A stretch of DNA of 64,000 bases. Source: Lama guanicoe. Taxonomy: Eukaryota. Position numbers and translations under genes: made by a program. The DNA lies in assembly GCA_013239625.1 (NCBI GenBank), contig MU054391.1:3987824-4051823 (forward strand). The letters run 5' to 3'. Shown piece after piece: positions 47,527 to 60,010 of this stretch; within the stretch, counting starts at the first letter, position 1, and each line of letters opens with the position of its first letter. The notes under the pieces were generated by a model that was not told the origin of the DNA, ran no database searches, and worked only from the letters and a program-made list of their open reading frames with translations.

Positions 47527-49577
47527 TAGATACAAGAATACAAGAAATGATCATAATGTGCAACCTAAATAATTTTACATTTTCTTTCATTAAAGTCATA
47601 AAGGAGGTGGAAAATGAATAGAAGGCAGTGACTTGAGAACCCTGGCCATCTCAGCATGAAGCAGTGATGTGGGGGTGGGTGTCTGCAGAGCCCTCAGCCC
47701 CCAGGAATCTCACTGGATCAGCTGGTGTGTGGACTTCAGTCCTGTAGACGCAGGAACCCTGTCTCTCGAGTGCCCAGGGGTTGAGAAGGAACCTGGCGAG
47801 AAGCCGCCTGTCCGTTCCAATCCATTCCCTCTGCACTGTGGGCCAGGGTTTGCTTTGGGCCAAACTGCTGCTAGTCTAGCACAAGCAAGAGCAAAAGTGG
47901 GGGCACTGTGAGACAAGGGAGCACCAGAAGGACCTTGACACAGCGAACGGTGCAGTGTGTCCAACCTGGACGGACGTCAAAAGCATCAGCGGCTCGGTGT
48001 CAACCCCTCCGACCTCACGTGGACCTTCAGTCGGTTGCAGTGCCTGGAGCCCTTCCTGGGAAGCGGCGATGCGCCCGTGAGCACCATGTGTACTCGGTGT
48101 GATCTCAAGTCAAAGCCCTGACACTGGGAGCCGGTAAACTGAGTTCCAGACGCTGCCCTGCCTTCACCATGATCCTGGTGCCTCCTGTTCCTCCAAGGCC
48201 TCCGTTTCCTTTGTGAAGACACGGCTTCTAACCCTCATCAGTCCATTTGCCAACAGAAAAGCAACCTGTCACCCACAGTTGGCCTGGAGAACACGGCTGC
48301 CATTTCTGGGGAATTTAATCTGACGGGACTCCAGCTTATTTGACATGATCTGGGGAGAGCAGACCCCTGTGCCTGCGCCCCTGCTAACCTGCGGGGAGGT
48401 GCACGGCAGTGACCGGCCCGGGTTACGTGGACTCCCCACCCCGCATTCCCAGTATGGCTTCTTTCGTGGCACATTCCCCATGTTTTAACACACAAACTGA
48501 ACTCCAGTGAAGGAGCTGACGCTACCCTGGGAGGCTCTGTCTTTGCAGAAGGATGTTTTGAAAGCATCCACGATTACTGTGCCCAGACTCCCTTCCTTCT
48601 GCACGGTGCACGCTCTGGATCTCAGCCAACAGCGTGCACGGTCCTGCCAGGCTGCCCTCCCAAGGCGGTGACTGACCGAGGAACGGGACGCACTCTCCCA
48701 GCCCAGCTGTCTGGTCACCATCGCTCAAAGCACTCGTACCTGGAGGGAGAGAAACCCAGGCTGTGCGCCTGACAGCCTGTCACCTGAGCCCCTTGGAAAA
48801 CACGACCAAGAGCTCCCGCCCCGCTTGGAGCCCGAGCTGCGGGCCCAGGGTAACGCACTGCCAGCTCTTGGCGTGGCCGGCCCCCCTCCTGAGTCTGCCC
48901 CTCGACTCCGTGCAGCTGGAGTCCCAGAAGGGAGTCATCATTAAAGAAAACTTTGTAAATGTTCAAACCGAATAAAACTGTTGTTGTCATTCATGGTTCC
49001 TTTTCTTCTTTGTGCCATCTGGAGCCACAACCTGTCCAGTTTGCAAGCCCAGATCTGTGTCCTGTTTGCTCCTGTCACTTGTCTGTGGAGCCTTCTCACT
49101 GGTGGTTCTCCACAGAGAAGGGATTTGCTGGCTATTTCTGTCCCCTCCCCTGCACGCCAGAGCCCTGAGAAGCTCTTCGCTGCATCCTGGCTCCCCGGGC
49201 ACCTCTGCATCTCCCCGCTTTCCATCTGCTGTGAAGATATTCCTGCCTCTCCGGCTCCGATGCAGGGCTGGGCGGGCGTGTGTGTGCGTGCAGCTGCCTG
49301 CTTCTCTTGGCATCGCCACTGACATCCTGCCCGTCTGAGGGGCCGGGGGGCCGTTTGAACCGGGTGCAGCCTACATTTAAACTCCTTTTTTAAAGCAACA
49401 GCTTTAAATAGATTAAAATACAACTTTAAAATACACTTTTGAAGAAACAAAAGGAAAAAAAGTGGATGAAAATAAAGCCATAAAATAAAATGTTCCCAGT
49501 CCTAAGGGATTAAGGCTTTAAGTTACACAGATCCTGCGAGTACAAATCACTGCGTTCTTGCAAGGGGAGTGAAGGTT

Positions 49578-50524
49578 CTTATGGGTCAAACTGTGTCCCC
49601 CAGAAATGTGTATTGAAGTCCTAACTGCCAGGACCTCAGAACGTGACTATGCTGGAAATACAGCCATTGTTTAGGTTTAATTAGTTGAGCTAAAATGAGG
49701 TCATACTCAAGTATGTGAGTCCCCAACCAATATTAGTGTCCTTGTGAGAAGAGGGAAATTTGTTTTTTATATAGTTTTTTAAATTGAGGTATAGTTGATT
49801 TACAATGTTGTGTTTAGTTTCAGGTATACAGCAAAGTGATTCAGTTTTATATATATATATTTTTTTCAGATTATTTTCTATTGTACATATTACAAGATAT
49901 TGAATATACTTCCCTGTGCTCCATTGTCTTTGTTGCTGGTCTATTTTATATACAGTAGTATGAATCTGTTAATCCCAAACTCCCAATTTATCCTTCCCCC
50001 TGCTTTCCCCCTTGATAACCACAGGTTTGTTTTCTATGTCTGTGAGTTTGTTTCTGTTTTGTAAATAAGTTCATTTGCATCACTTTTTTTAAGATTCCAC
50101 ATATAAGTGATACATGTGTTTGTCTTTCTCTGACTTATTTCAGTCAGTATGATAATCTCTAGGTCCACCCACAATGCTGCAAATGGCATTAGTCCATCCT
50201 TTTTTATGGCTGAGTAATATCCCATTGTTTATATATAGACCATATAAAAGAGGGAGATTTGGACACAGACATGCACAGAGAGACACAGTGGATTCATGCT
50301 GGTGGAGGCTGAGACTTGGGTGATATGCTCATAAGCCGGGGAAAGCCTGGGGCTGCCAGAAGCTGGAAGAGATAGGATGTGTCCTTTGAAGGCCTCAGGG
50401 AGAGCATGACCCTGCAAACTCTTTGATTTCAGACTTCTGGTCTCTAGCACTGAAATGAAAACTCTATTGTTTTAGGCCACTCAGTCGGTGGTACTTCCTT
50501 AAGGAAGCCATAGGAAACTCATAT
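49578..50524 (+). mobile_element. MLT1C-like LTR split by an antisense L1
   Basis: TTATGGGTCAAACTGTGTCCCCC...TAAAATGAGGTCATACT...[L1]...TTTGGACACAGAC...GCCAGAAGCTGGAAGAG...TTGATTTCAGACTTCTGG...TAGGAAACTCATA. Confidence 0.85.
49763..50247 (-). mobile_element. 5'-truncated artiodactyl/camelid L1 with 14-bp TSD
   Basis: Antisense L1 3' UTR (TAGTTGATTTACAATGTTGTG...TTTTTATGGCTGAGTAATATCCCATTG); TSD AAGAGGGAAATTTG (49749-49762) and AAGAGGGAGATTTG (50248-50261), 13/14. Confidence 0.9.
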
Positions 50525-50599
50525 TATGAGAGTACAGCTGAAATTAAAAATCCTCTATATAAGTAGCTAAAAATGTGTATTCTTTGACAAAATTGTATT

Positions 50600-51075
50600 C
50601 CTCATCCAACAAATATTTATTCCATGTGTATTCTTCTCAAATTGCTCTATCTTTCAACCAATGATTGCTTTCTTGTTGGGTGCCAGTCATTATGGACATA
50701 CGATAGTAAATCAGACATATCTATTTATTCTTAAGAATCACAGGCTGGCAGTGGAGTTAAGGCCTCTATATAAACCAATCCACATGGGAGATAGTATTAA
50801 GTGCTCCAGGAGAGGCACAGATCAAATGTGATGGGAATGCCTGCTGGGAAAACTGGGGGCCTTCAGGGATTAGGTGACGTTGGAGCTGCTAGTGGTGGAG
50901 GTTGGCTCTGTGGCAGTTGGAGGAAATAGTCTGGGAACACCTATGTAGGGACAGGTGCCCAAGACTACCTGGGGGGATGAAGAATGGTTCATAAATGAGA
51001 GACGCTTGAACCATCACTTGAGAAGACGTGACACTTGTAAGGCAGAAGATGGCCGTGATGTTGCTGGTCGCCATT
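50600..51075 (-). mobile_element. L2 LINE fragment
   Basis: CATCCAACAAATATTTATT...GTAAATCAGACAT...TAAGTGCT...GGGGGCCTTCAGGGATTAGGTGACGTTGGAGCTG. Confidence 0.55.
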
Positions 51076-51081
51076 TTATCT

Positions 51082-51082
<1 letters not shown>

Positions 51083-51145
<63 letters not shown>

Positions 51146-51301
51146 AGGAAGGAAGGAAGGAAGGAAGGAAGGAAGGAAGGAAGGAAGGAAGGAAGGAAAG
51201 AAGGAAAAAGAAAGAAGGAAGGAAGGAAGGAAGGAAGGAAGGAAGGAAGGAAGGAAGGAAGGAAGGAAAGAAGGAAAGAAGGAAAGAAGGAAGGAAAGAA
51301 A
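51083..51301. repeat. (GAAA)n/(GGAA)n polypurine microsatellite
   Basis: Directly visible, about 220 bp. Confidence 0.97.
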
Positions 51302-52099
51302 ATCACATGCAGAGACAAAGAGGGGAGAGAAAGCATGCAGCCCTCAAGACGAGTGAGCAGAGGCCAGATCACCAATGTATTCAGGGGCAACATAAATTGT
51401 CTGGAGCTTCGTGGGGCTGGTGGTGAACCTTTTCTAACAGTCGATGCTTCAGGGACTATTGTCATGTTCCCACGCTCCTCTGAGTTGCATCATGTCCTGA
51501 CTTCCTTTCTAGACTTAAAATATTTTCACATCTATTTTCTACCATAAATCTAAAACACTTAGTTAAATAGTCTTATTTTGTACCTACTTCATGAGCACTT
51601 GGCCTCTGGGAAGTAATGGAACTTCCTTCACCCAGCCTGTTGAATTTACCCTACTACTGGCGGAGATCCATGCCTGAAAATGATTATTCTTGACTCGGGG
51701 TGGGATGAGCCTTAAAAGGCAATTGAATCATACCTCCAACTCATCAAAACCACCCCCTCAGCCTCCCCACCCCGTGCCTCTCCCACACACCCCCTCCCTG
51801 CTACCTTCAGCATTTTTGGTAGCCGGTCATCCGAATCCTGTGATTCAGTGATAAAGCCACCACCACTTGAAGTGATTCATTTCATTGTTGGTTTTCTAAA
51901 TCGAGAGAACGGGCAGGGAAAACGGGAGTCTTCGAAAGTCTTCATCCGAGTGGCAGAGCCACCTCACTTCAAGAATCATGTCAGTAAAAGCAGCAGGCAG
52001 GGCAGCATTCTGGAGGGGGCGTGGAGTGACCCTGGGTGGACACCACGGGAGGACCACGGAGAGGAAAGCAGTCTCCCTCGCTTCCTTCCTTTCTCCTCT

Positions 52100-52160
52100 G
52101 TAACCATGGAAGTTGCCATGGAAACCACACCCTGTGATAGTTTCTTTTGACTCACAGCTG
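52100..52160. promoter_or_regulatory. Candidate enhancer: tandem RFX X-boxes with RUNX, AP-1 and E-box motifs
   Basis: GTTGCCATGGAAAC (52112-52125) next to GTAACCATGGAAG (52100-52112); AACCACA 52123-52129; TGACTCA 52148-52154; CAGCTG 52155-52160. Confidence 0.45.
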
Positions 52161-52339
52161 TTGAAATCACTAACATAGCATTGGAGAGTGGATTTTTTTA
52201 AAGTGTGTGTGTTTTAAAAAAAAAAATCTCTCCTGTTAGAACCAGTCTGCTGGAGGCAGAAGCAGCTGCTCCATGGAGGGGCAGCCCCTTCGTGTTAGTG
52301 AGTGGGGTGCAGATAAAGAAGGAGATGGGGGGTCATTTA

Positions 52340-52565
52340 GTAGCCGCCTGCTTGGTGCCAGGGACTACGGTAAATGCTTAAAAATCGGTTTCTCAGTAGA
52401 TTTCCCAATTTGATACACAACCATTTTCTCCAGTCCATTGATGAGGAAACTGAAGCTCAGAGACACGAACTGGCCAGGCTAGAATTTTGCAGTTGTGACC
52501 GGCGGACCTGCACCTCGAATCTCGGTCCGTCTGGCACTGAATGCAACGCTATTCCCATTACTTTG
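52340..52565 (-). mobile_element. MIR SINE
   Basis: GATGAGGAAACTGAAGCTCAGAGA...CTCGAATCTCGGTCCGTCTGGC. Confidence 0.65.
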
Positions 52566-52627
52566 CATTCTCTAGGCTCGGTCAGGTTTTCCTTGAACCT
52601 ATAACTGTGGGCTCCTGCAACATCCTC

Positions 52628-53284
52628 TGTGGAGTAAAGGATTTGATCGTGCCCCAAGATAGGTCTGGCCTTTGCCTCTGGCTTCTGGGAGGTCATCTAT
52701 GTAACATTTGATAGGACTGTCATTGGTTAGGGCAGGGCCTGGCCTGAGCACGGGTCAGCTGAGCCAGATAGTCTTAAGATGGGAACTAGCCACACGAGAA
52801 GGATGCCCAGGCGATGCAGGGTGCGGCTTTGGACCACAGAGGATCACTAGACCCGGACGCCGATCTCAAACCTGTGGGCAATCCATCAGTCATGGTTACT
52901 TAATGAAGCACCAATAACAGCTCTGAACTACGGGCTCAGGCAGCTGACCTGGTGCACAAGACTCCCTGTGCATTGTCACCCTCTGTGCCAAGAGGGTGAC
53001 ACGTCCTGAGTCTATGGGAAGAGGAGAATGGAGGATTTGCACTTGAACCCTTCTCAGATTCTGCCCTATGCATCTCTTCCCGTGGCTGATTTGACCCTGT
53101 GTCCTTCCCCTTTCATAAACTATCGCTGTGGGTGTAACAGCTGTTGGTGAGTCCTGAGACTTTCTAGGAAATTATTGAAACTGAGGGCAGTTTGGGGGAC
53201 CCCTCAACCTCGCAGGTGGTGTCAGAAGTGAGAGAGGCCTTGGAGACTGTGCCCTCTAACTTTCTGTGCGCTGAAACTCTCACA
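52628..53284 (+). mobile_element. MER21C-like LTR
   Basis: Starts TGTGGAGTAAAGGATTTG...AGGTCTGGCCTTTGCC...CTGGGAGGT; ends TGCCCTATGCATCTCTTCC...GAAACTGAGGG...GGTGTCAGAAGTGAG...CTCACA. Confidence 0.8.
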
Positions 53285-53636
53285 TACCCCTAAATCATTT
53301 TCTTAAAGGCTGGTGTTCTAGATTAATTTTCAATCCATGAAGCAAACTTAGTAAGGAGCGTCTGCAGCTCAGCCCCTTCACAGCACGAGTGAGGGCACCT
53401 GGGAGTCAGCAGATCATTTCCAGGTCTTAGGATGAGGCAGGACCCTGGCTTGCAGGTCCATTTCACTGTCCTCAGGACTAACGCAGTGGCTAGCGGAGAG
53501 CAGGTGCTCAGAAGATTCTGTGAACCGAACCACAGACACAGCCTCTGTTCTGCTCAAAATGCATGCTGCAGGGGCTTTGACACAACAGTGCAGAGATTGT
53601 ACACTGGTGACGTCTGGTTTCAAGAAAGTGATGACC

Positions 53637-53978
53637 ATCTTAGTTAGCCCAGCTGGCATAACAAAGTGCCGGAGACCGGGCAGCCTGAAGGGCAGAAATG
53701 TGTTTCTTGAAGTTCTGCAGGCTGGAAGTCCAGGATCAGGGTGCCAGCATGTCTGGGTTCTGGTGAGAGGGTCTCTGCTTAGGGAGTAGATGCTGACATG
53801 CCCCTCTGGCCTCATGTGGCCTTTCTTTGGTGTTTGCACAGAGAAGGAGAGCAAGCTCGCTGGTGCCTCTTATTGTAAGGACACTAATTCCATCATGGGG
53901 CCCCACCCTCATGACCTTATTTAACCCTGATTATCTTCCAAAGCTCTCACCTCCTCATTCATCACAACTGAGGGGTAC
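53637..53978 (-). mobile_element. MLT1A LTR
   Basis: AGTTCTGCAGGCTGGAAGTCCAGGATCAGGGTGCCAGCATG...TCTGGTGAG...TAAGGACACTAATTCCATCATGGGGCCCCACCCTCATGACCT. Confidence 0.88.
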
Positions 53979-54394
53979 AGTTGCATTCACATCAATGACT
54001 TAGCTGAGATGACCTGAGAAGCTTCGTGAAGAAGTAGAAGCAGGGGGGAAGAAAGGGATGAATAGCAGGGGTCGAGGGCATCACCAGCAGGGCAACTCCC
54101 AATCTTTAATCTTTAATCTAAGTGCATTTGTAAGTGCATAAGGGCCACGGGAGACACAGCAAAGCACAGATCTCCATCAGCAGAGGGACGATCTCAGCAA
54201 ATCCCCCATGTGTTCCTCGGTTTCCCTCTCTATTAGGACAAGAAATTAGGACAATGGGAGATAAAAGTCCACTCTCTGCAAGGTGCCCATGTCCTTCTCT
54301 CTCCCACCTGATGAGACGCGCTGCCGGCAGCCCTCAGCCTTCTGCCCAGGACCCTTGCGACCACGGCAGGGCTGCTCTGGGCCCGTCCAGTCAG

Positions 54395-54550
54395 TCCACG
54401 CTCACCCTGTGAGCTGGATGGTGTTGTCTCCATTCTACAGAGGAGAAAACTGAGACTCAGGGAAGCCATGCAAATTGCCCGAGTTCACAGAGCTGTTAAG
54501 GGGACAGACTTTCAAATCCAGGCCTGCCTAGTGTGCAGGGGTCCGACTGC
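54395..54550 (-). mobile_element. MIR fragment
   Basis: CCATTCTACAGAGGAGAAAACTGAGACTCAGGGA...TTGCCCGAGTTCACAGAGC. Confidence 0.7.
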
Positions 54551-55237
54551 GTCCAGGGTAGGGAGGAAGCCCACAGGCGGCGAGGGTCCGCGTTCCAGCT
54601 GGGTGACAGCCAGCCCTTGAGGCTCAGAGATGCCAGGGATCTGGTGCTGGAGGGAAACTGCTCCCAGCTCTCCCCCCGATGCCAGGCTTTCCCCAAGGCT
54701 GAGAGTGCAGTCAGGAAGGCGTCAGCCTGGCGATGCCTGGGGTGGAGAGAGGAGAGGGTTCTGATAGCAACAGGACTTCACCTTAACTCTCATGTAAACC
54801 AGTCAGGAAGCTGGCAAGCGCGAAACAGGTGTGCAAGCTGTTCGAACCCCAGCGCGGTGAGGAGCCAACGAGGGCCGGCGTGTGAATGGGGGGCTGCGTG
54901 CTCTGTTGACAGCCACACAGGGAGTTCTGACCCCCTTTCTAAGCTGCTCTCCCTTGGGTGAGTCAACATTCACCCGCTGATGTGGACAAGCAGTGCCGCC
55001 CCCCGGGTGTGGACGGGGCCCCCATCCATCACAGCGCTCCACACACCGTCTCTCTGCAGGGCTGGTGGCCTTGAGCCCAGGACCAAATCTGCCAAAGGCC
55101 ACACTGGTGTCAGGCTCCCTTCTTCCTCAGCATGGCCATTTAGCCAGATGTTTGTTCATGCAGCCTGTGACCTGGAATCGTGGACAAGGCCAGTGCCTCA
55201 GTCCTGAGGACCCAGCGCTGTGCTGGGCCAGGCGCTC

Positions 55238-55411
55238 TCACACTCAGATTCACTGCCTCAGAATGCTCTGGAGATTCAAACATGCGAGGCTGGGCCCAGC
55301 CCCAAAGTGCCTGGCCCAGCAGGTCCGGAGAGGGGCCGTGAGCCTGCACTTCTGACGGGTTCTGGGTGATGCCGGTGTGGCTGGTCCGGGGCCACACCGT
55401 GAGGACCGCCG
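55238..55411. mobile_element. MER5A/B-like hAT relic
   Basis: CAGAATGCTCTGGAG...GCTGGGCCCAGCCCC...CAGCAGGTCCGG...CTGCACTTCTGAC...GGTGATGCC...CCACACCGTGAG. Confidence 0.6.
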
Positions 55412-57084
55412 TGCTGGGCGTGTATCCCCCCAAGCCTCAGGCAGCTCCACACGGGTTGGGGGTCTCCCTGGGAAGGGCCAATGCCTGACTGTCCTAAGAG
55501 CACGGCATCAGAGCTGAAGGTCACCCTGGCAGCTCCACGTCACTCCTGATTTCCCAAGCCCTGGGAAAGCAGGATGCGGTGTGCTCGGCAGTCTGAAGTT
55601 AGCAGTAGCCAAACCATGTAAATGCCTTTTGGTCACTGCAAATACGTGGTTAGTAGTTTGATGAAGGGCCTCTCCCAAAATACAGAAGTGCAGGTGGGAA
55701 GCGCTGTCTTTTCTACTATTGGGAGAAAAAAAAAGAATATGGACATGGCCATTTCCTATTGACACAGACAGACAGGTAGACAGATAGACAAGTAGATAGA
55801 TAATATATATTGATAAACGAGATACATTAGTATATAGTGATATATATTATGCTATACATTTGTAGCAATGTGTGTGTGTGGGAATGCTCCACAGCAGCCA
55901 AGGATACCACAGAAAGCGCCAAACCAAAGCAGCCTCAGGACTCAGGCCCACTGTAACAGTAAACGCACAGCGGGGGCGCCAGGCAGAGCAGGTGCGCTGC
56001 TACCCGAGCCAGTCGGAGCTCGGCAAGGCACCCCGGGCAGCAAGGAGACAGACTTAGGGAGGAGACACAGGACAATGTGATTACGTTACGGCCGAGAGCT
56101 TGGCTGGCCGAGGCGGGGGCAGCATTTAAAGACCGAGGCTGTCACCTTCACACGTTTTATTGGTGAAATAGTCCATGAGGAAAGTGACTTGGAACCCAGC
56201 CTCATTCATTCCAGGTGCTCAGAAATGTTTGTAAAGACTTAGGAGCTATTTCGTTACAGTCCTTTGGTTTCAGTTTGCATGATTATTCAGAAAGCGGGGT
56301 AATTGTTCTCAAGGACTTCTCATGGGTTCATTTAAGAAATGTTTCCTGGGTGCATGCTGTGTTGTAGTCACTAAACATGCACTGGGGTTTAAAAAAAGAC
56401 ATGGTGTTTCCATCACGGTGACTAGCACGTAACAGGTGAATAGATGTTAACCAAGTAACCGGCTATAACGTGAAGCGGCCATCCAGCTACGGAGGGTGGC
56501 GGCGTGAGACTGTGACGGTGTGACACAGAGACGTCTCTCCTGCCCCAGGCACTTGGAGAGAATGCCTGTGAAACGCGACCTCTGCACTGAGACCCTCACA
56601 GCCGATAGGATGGAACTAACACAGAAGCCATGCTTTGTTTCCACACTTTGAGGAATAGATCCCGTTTTGTCCTCAGTGACCTGCAAGGTGGAGGGTGTCA
56701 TCACCAACTCCGAGGAGAAAGCTGAGAGTAAGGGTCACAAAGCAGGGAAGAGCCAGTTGGACTCCTCACCTGGCCTTTGAGGAAGCCATTTCTCTGTCTT
56801 GAATATCTCATCATGATTTTGCATGAGAAAAATTACTTGGAGGCCACAGGTATCCAAACGGGAAGGGGTTTTAAAGAAAAGATCGTTTAAGTTCCTAATG
56901 TTATGCGTGGAAATGAAGGAGCTCAAAGAGGAATTGACTTGAGTCACTGAAGGAATTTGGGCAGAAGCAGGGCGATTGCCTGATGCCACAGCGGTGTCCT
57001 CTGCGGTCCAGCACACCACCTCGGGGCCCCTCCACTGGTCCCCGGCGGTACTTTTCCCACCTGCGGCCAGTCGCTGCACAGCTG

Positions 57085-57257
57085 CAGGGCTCGCTCTGCA
57101 GCTTCGGCTGGCAAGGGCATCACCTGGCGGACTAGTTGAAAGATTGGGCGCCTCACCCCCAGGGTTTCTGATTCGGTAGGTCTGGGGTGGGACTGAGGAT
57201 CTGCCTTCCTAAAAAGTTCCCAGGCGATGCTGACACCACACTCCGAGGACCAGGTGC
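57085..57257. mobile_element. MER5A hAT relic
   Basis: CATCACCTGG...CCCCAGGGTTTCTGATTCGGTAGGTCTGGGGTGGG...AAGTTCCCAGGCGATGCTGA. Confidence 0.8.
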
Positions 57258-57359
57258 TGAGCCAGAGCACAGGAGATGCCCGTTATGAGCGTGACTCAGG
57301 TTTTGAAATCTAATATACATAATCTGAGCCTCGCTGGGTAACTAGCAGACTTATCGAAG

Positions 57360-57680
57360 CCCCTTGCTCCTGCTCACCATCCTCTCTCATCCTGGACTGG
57401 CAAATCCATTCCTGCATCCAAATTCCATGCATCCTTTGATCACCGATCCAAGCGGCACCTTGTGCTGGAAACGTCCACCATCCCTCTTCCCCCCACTGGG
57501 ATCTGAGCTACACTGAGCCTGCAAGTCATCTTGTTAGTCTCAGCTTCAGGTTCCCCACGGTCTTCCTATTACAGTCGTCCGTTCGTAGAGGTCACGCCTG
57601 ATCCGTTTTTGTGTTCTTACATCGCGACCTCCAAGCGCCCAGCACAAAGCCTTCCATAGACGTGTATTCAGTGAAACCGT
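57360..57680 (+). mobile_element. L2 3' fragment
   Basis: ATCCATGCATCCTTTGATCACC...CAAGCGCCCAGCACAAAGCCTTCCATAGACGTGTATTCAGTGAA. Confidence 0.5.
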
Positions 57681-59491
57681 TAAAACTTGAAAAGCTTTCA
57701 ACCACATATTTTCACATTTTATATTCCTAAAAGGCTCATGAGCAATTTGAGCAGGAATATTTTCCTCTTATTTTTAGAAGAGGGAAAAGAGGACACACTT
57801 TACAGGGAATGCAAATGGCACACCCCAGAACCCTAACTGTGCAATCTTGGGTCCCAGCAAAAAACAATTGGATTCCAGCTGGATATTGAGGAGGGCTTAC
57901 AAAGGGGCTGTTTACAGTGATGTGGGCCGTGCTTAGGCACAATCAGGGTGAGGCAGATCCTGGGATGAGAAGCTACACCACCGTGGAGTGACATTAAACT
58001 GTAGAGAAGGCACCAGAGGAAAGGAAGGCACCGTGAGACAAGCTGTAAGCCTCAGTAGAGGGAGTTATCACCCTGCAGCGTCCTGCCGGGAGGGGAACCC
58101 AACCTGTGGCCTCCCACACCTCACCATCAGTCCCCTACCCTCATCTCTAGCCCTCACCCCTGAATTGCCAAACTCAGCTGGAAGGCGGAAGGTGAAGGAG
58201 CATCGGGCGGAGTGGAGAGGACGCAGGGCAGGTCTGGAAGGGCTGAAGGAAGACATCCCAGGCTTTGAATCCAGCCTCTGATTTTTGTGCCTTTTCTCCT
58301 TAACCTGATGCTTCAACAGACTCATAAATCTTCCTGTTACAAATGTCTACTGCATGGAATGGAGATGGTTTATTGATAAAGCCAGGGCAGCTTAATTACA
58401 TTTTTGATGAGATTGCTTCAGAAAAAGGCTCATTTTAGAATTCACACTTTTAAACAAACTTTCTGCTTTATGGGTGCTAGTTTCTTAAAAAAAAAAAAAG
58501 TCAACAAACCATAACACTGAAAATATTGCTTCATGCTAGCTTATTACAGACTGCATCCCCAAGCAGATTGTTCATTTATACTCTATGGTAGGACTTAACA
58601 GGCACTGAGATAACGATACAAAAATGAAATGAATTTCAACAAATAATCAAGGATGCAGTTTCAAAAGACTGATGAAATTCTTAGTACAATAATCTTTTTT
58701 TTTCCTAAGTCATGTATATTTTATGAGTCTGAAACCACTGATTCCAGTAAGTCTTTGGGCTATGGAACAGAAAAGGAACATGATGTAATGTAGCAGAGTG
58801 TAATATATGAAGCAATCATTCAAACGTAGCTTGCAGTACGTACGTCAATAAACTTCCACTGTGCTGAAGCCAGTGAAGTATAGGAGATACTCAAGCAGAA
58901 GATGTTTATTCAATGCATTGCAAAAATCCGTTTTTCTCCAGCTTGCCAAATGTGCTTGGGAGTTATTGCTAATCTATCATGAAAAAGCAACCACCAGTGT
59001 GCTATAAGCAAGGGAAACCGGGCGATTCCTCATCTTGTTCTTTTGGACCTTAAGAAGATGCCATGGGGATGTGATTATAATGATCGTGGTCCTCGGGTGG
59101 GATCTTGCCTTGACTCCCTGGATGTTCTCCCTGAGAACGCTGGTGTGGATGTCAGAAGACCTGGGCTCCACTTCAGCTCTTCCAGGAGCTAGCTGGGCCA
59201 CCCTGAGCCTCAGTGGTAATAGGAAAGGCCTGAGATGGGAACTTGGAAGCCCCTTCCAGAGACAGTGTGCACACTGTGTGATGCTCCACTGTCTTCCTCT
59301 GGGCCCACAGCCTGACCATCTCCCAGGGAACAATGCTCACTCCCCAAAGGATTTGACTGACAGCAACTTCCTTCTGCCCGCCTCTGAGCAGCTCAGATGA
59401 TGAAGGCGTTCTGTAGAGGATTCTGGCTTGTGAAGACTGAAGCAGTAGCTCTGGGACAATTTCAGGCTGAGGAACCCTGAGCAATGGTGGC

Positions 59492-60010
59492 TGTATTAGT
59501 TTTCTGTGGCTGAAAAACAAACCACCACAAAGTTAGAAACTGGCATGTATTATCTCACAGTTTCTGTGTGTCAACAATTCTGGTACAGCGTAGCTGGGCC
59601 CTCCTCTCCAATCTCACGAGGCTGTATCCAAAAATGTCAGCTGGGCAGCTTTCTCATCAGATGCTCAACTGGGAAAAGATCTGCTTCCAAACACCCTCAG
59701 AATCACTTCCTGGCAGCTAGGAACCCACGGTTGCTTGCTTTTCAAGGGCCGCCAGAGAGTCTCTCTTCAGGAAGGGTCTTTCCCCTGATTAGGCCAGGCC
59801 CACCCAGTATAATATCAAAGTCGATTGAGGTCTTGATTTGCGGCTTTAATTACATCTGCAAAATCCCTTCACCTTTGCCACATCATAGACTCTAACCACA
59901 GGAGTGATGAACCTTTATAATCAGCCCCTTCATACTCAAGGACAGGGGAACTTACACGGTGTAGAATCAGAGGACTGGGGTCTTGAGAACCATCTTAGAA
60001 TTTCCTACAC
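59492..60010 (-). mobile_element. MLT1E-like LTR
   Basis: TGTATTAGTTTTCT...TATTATCTCACAGTTTCTG...GAAAAGATCTGCTTCCAA...TTAATTACATCTGCAAAATCCCTTCAC...CCATCTTAGAATT. Confidence 0.85.
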
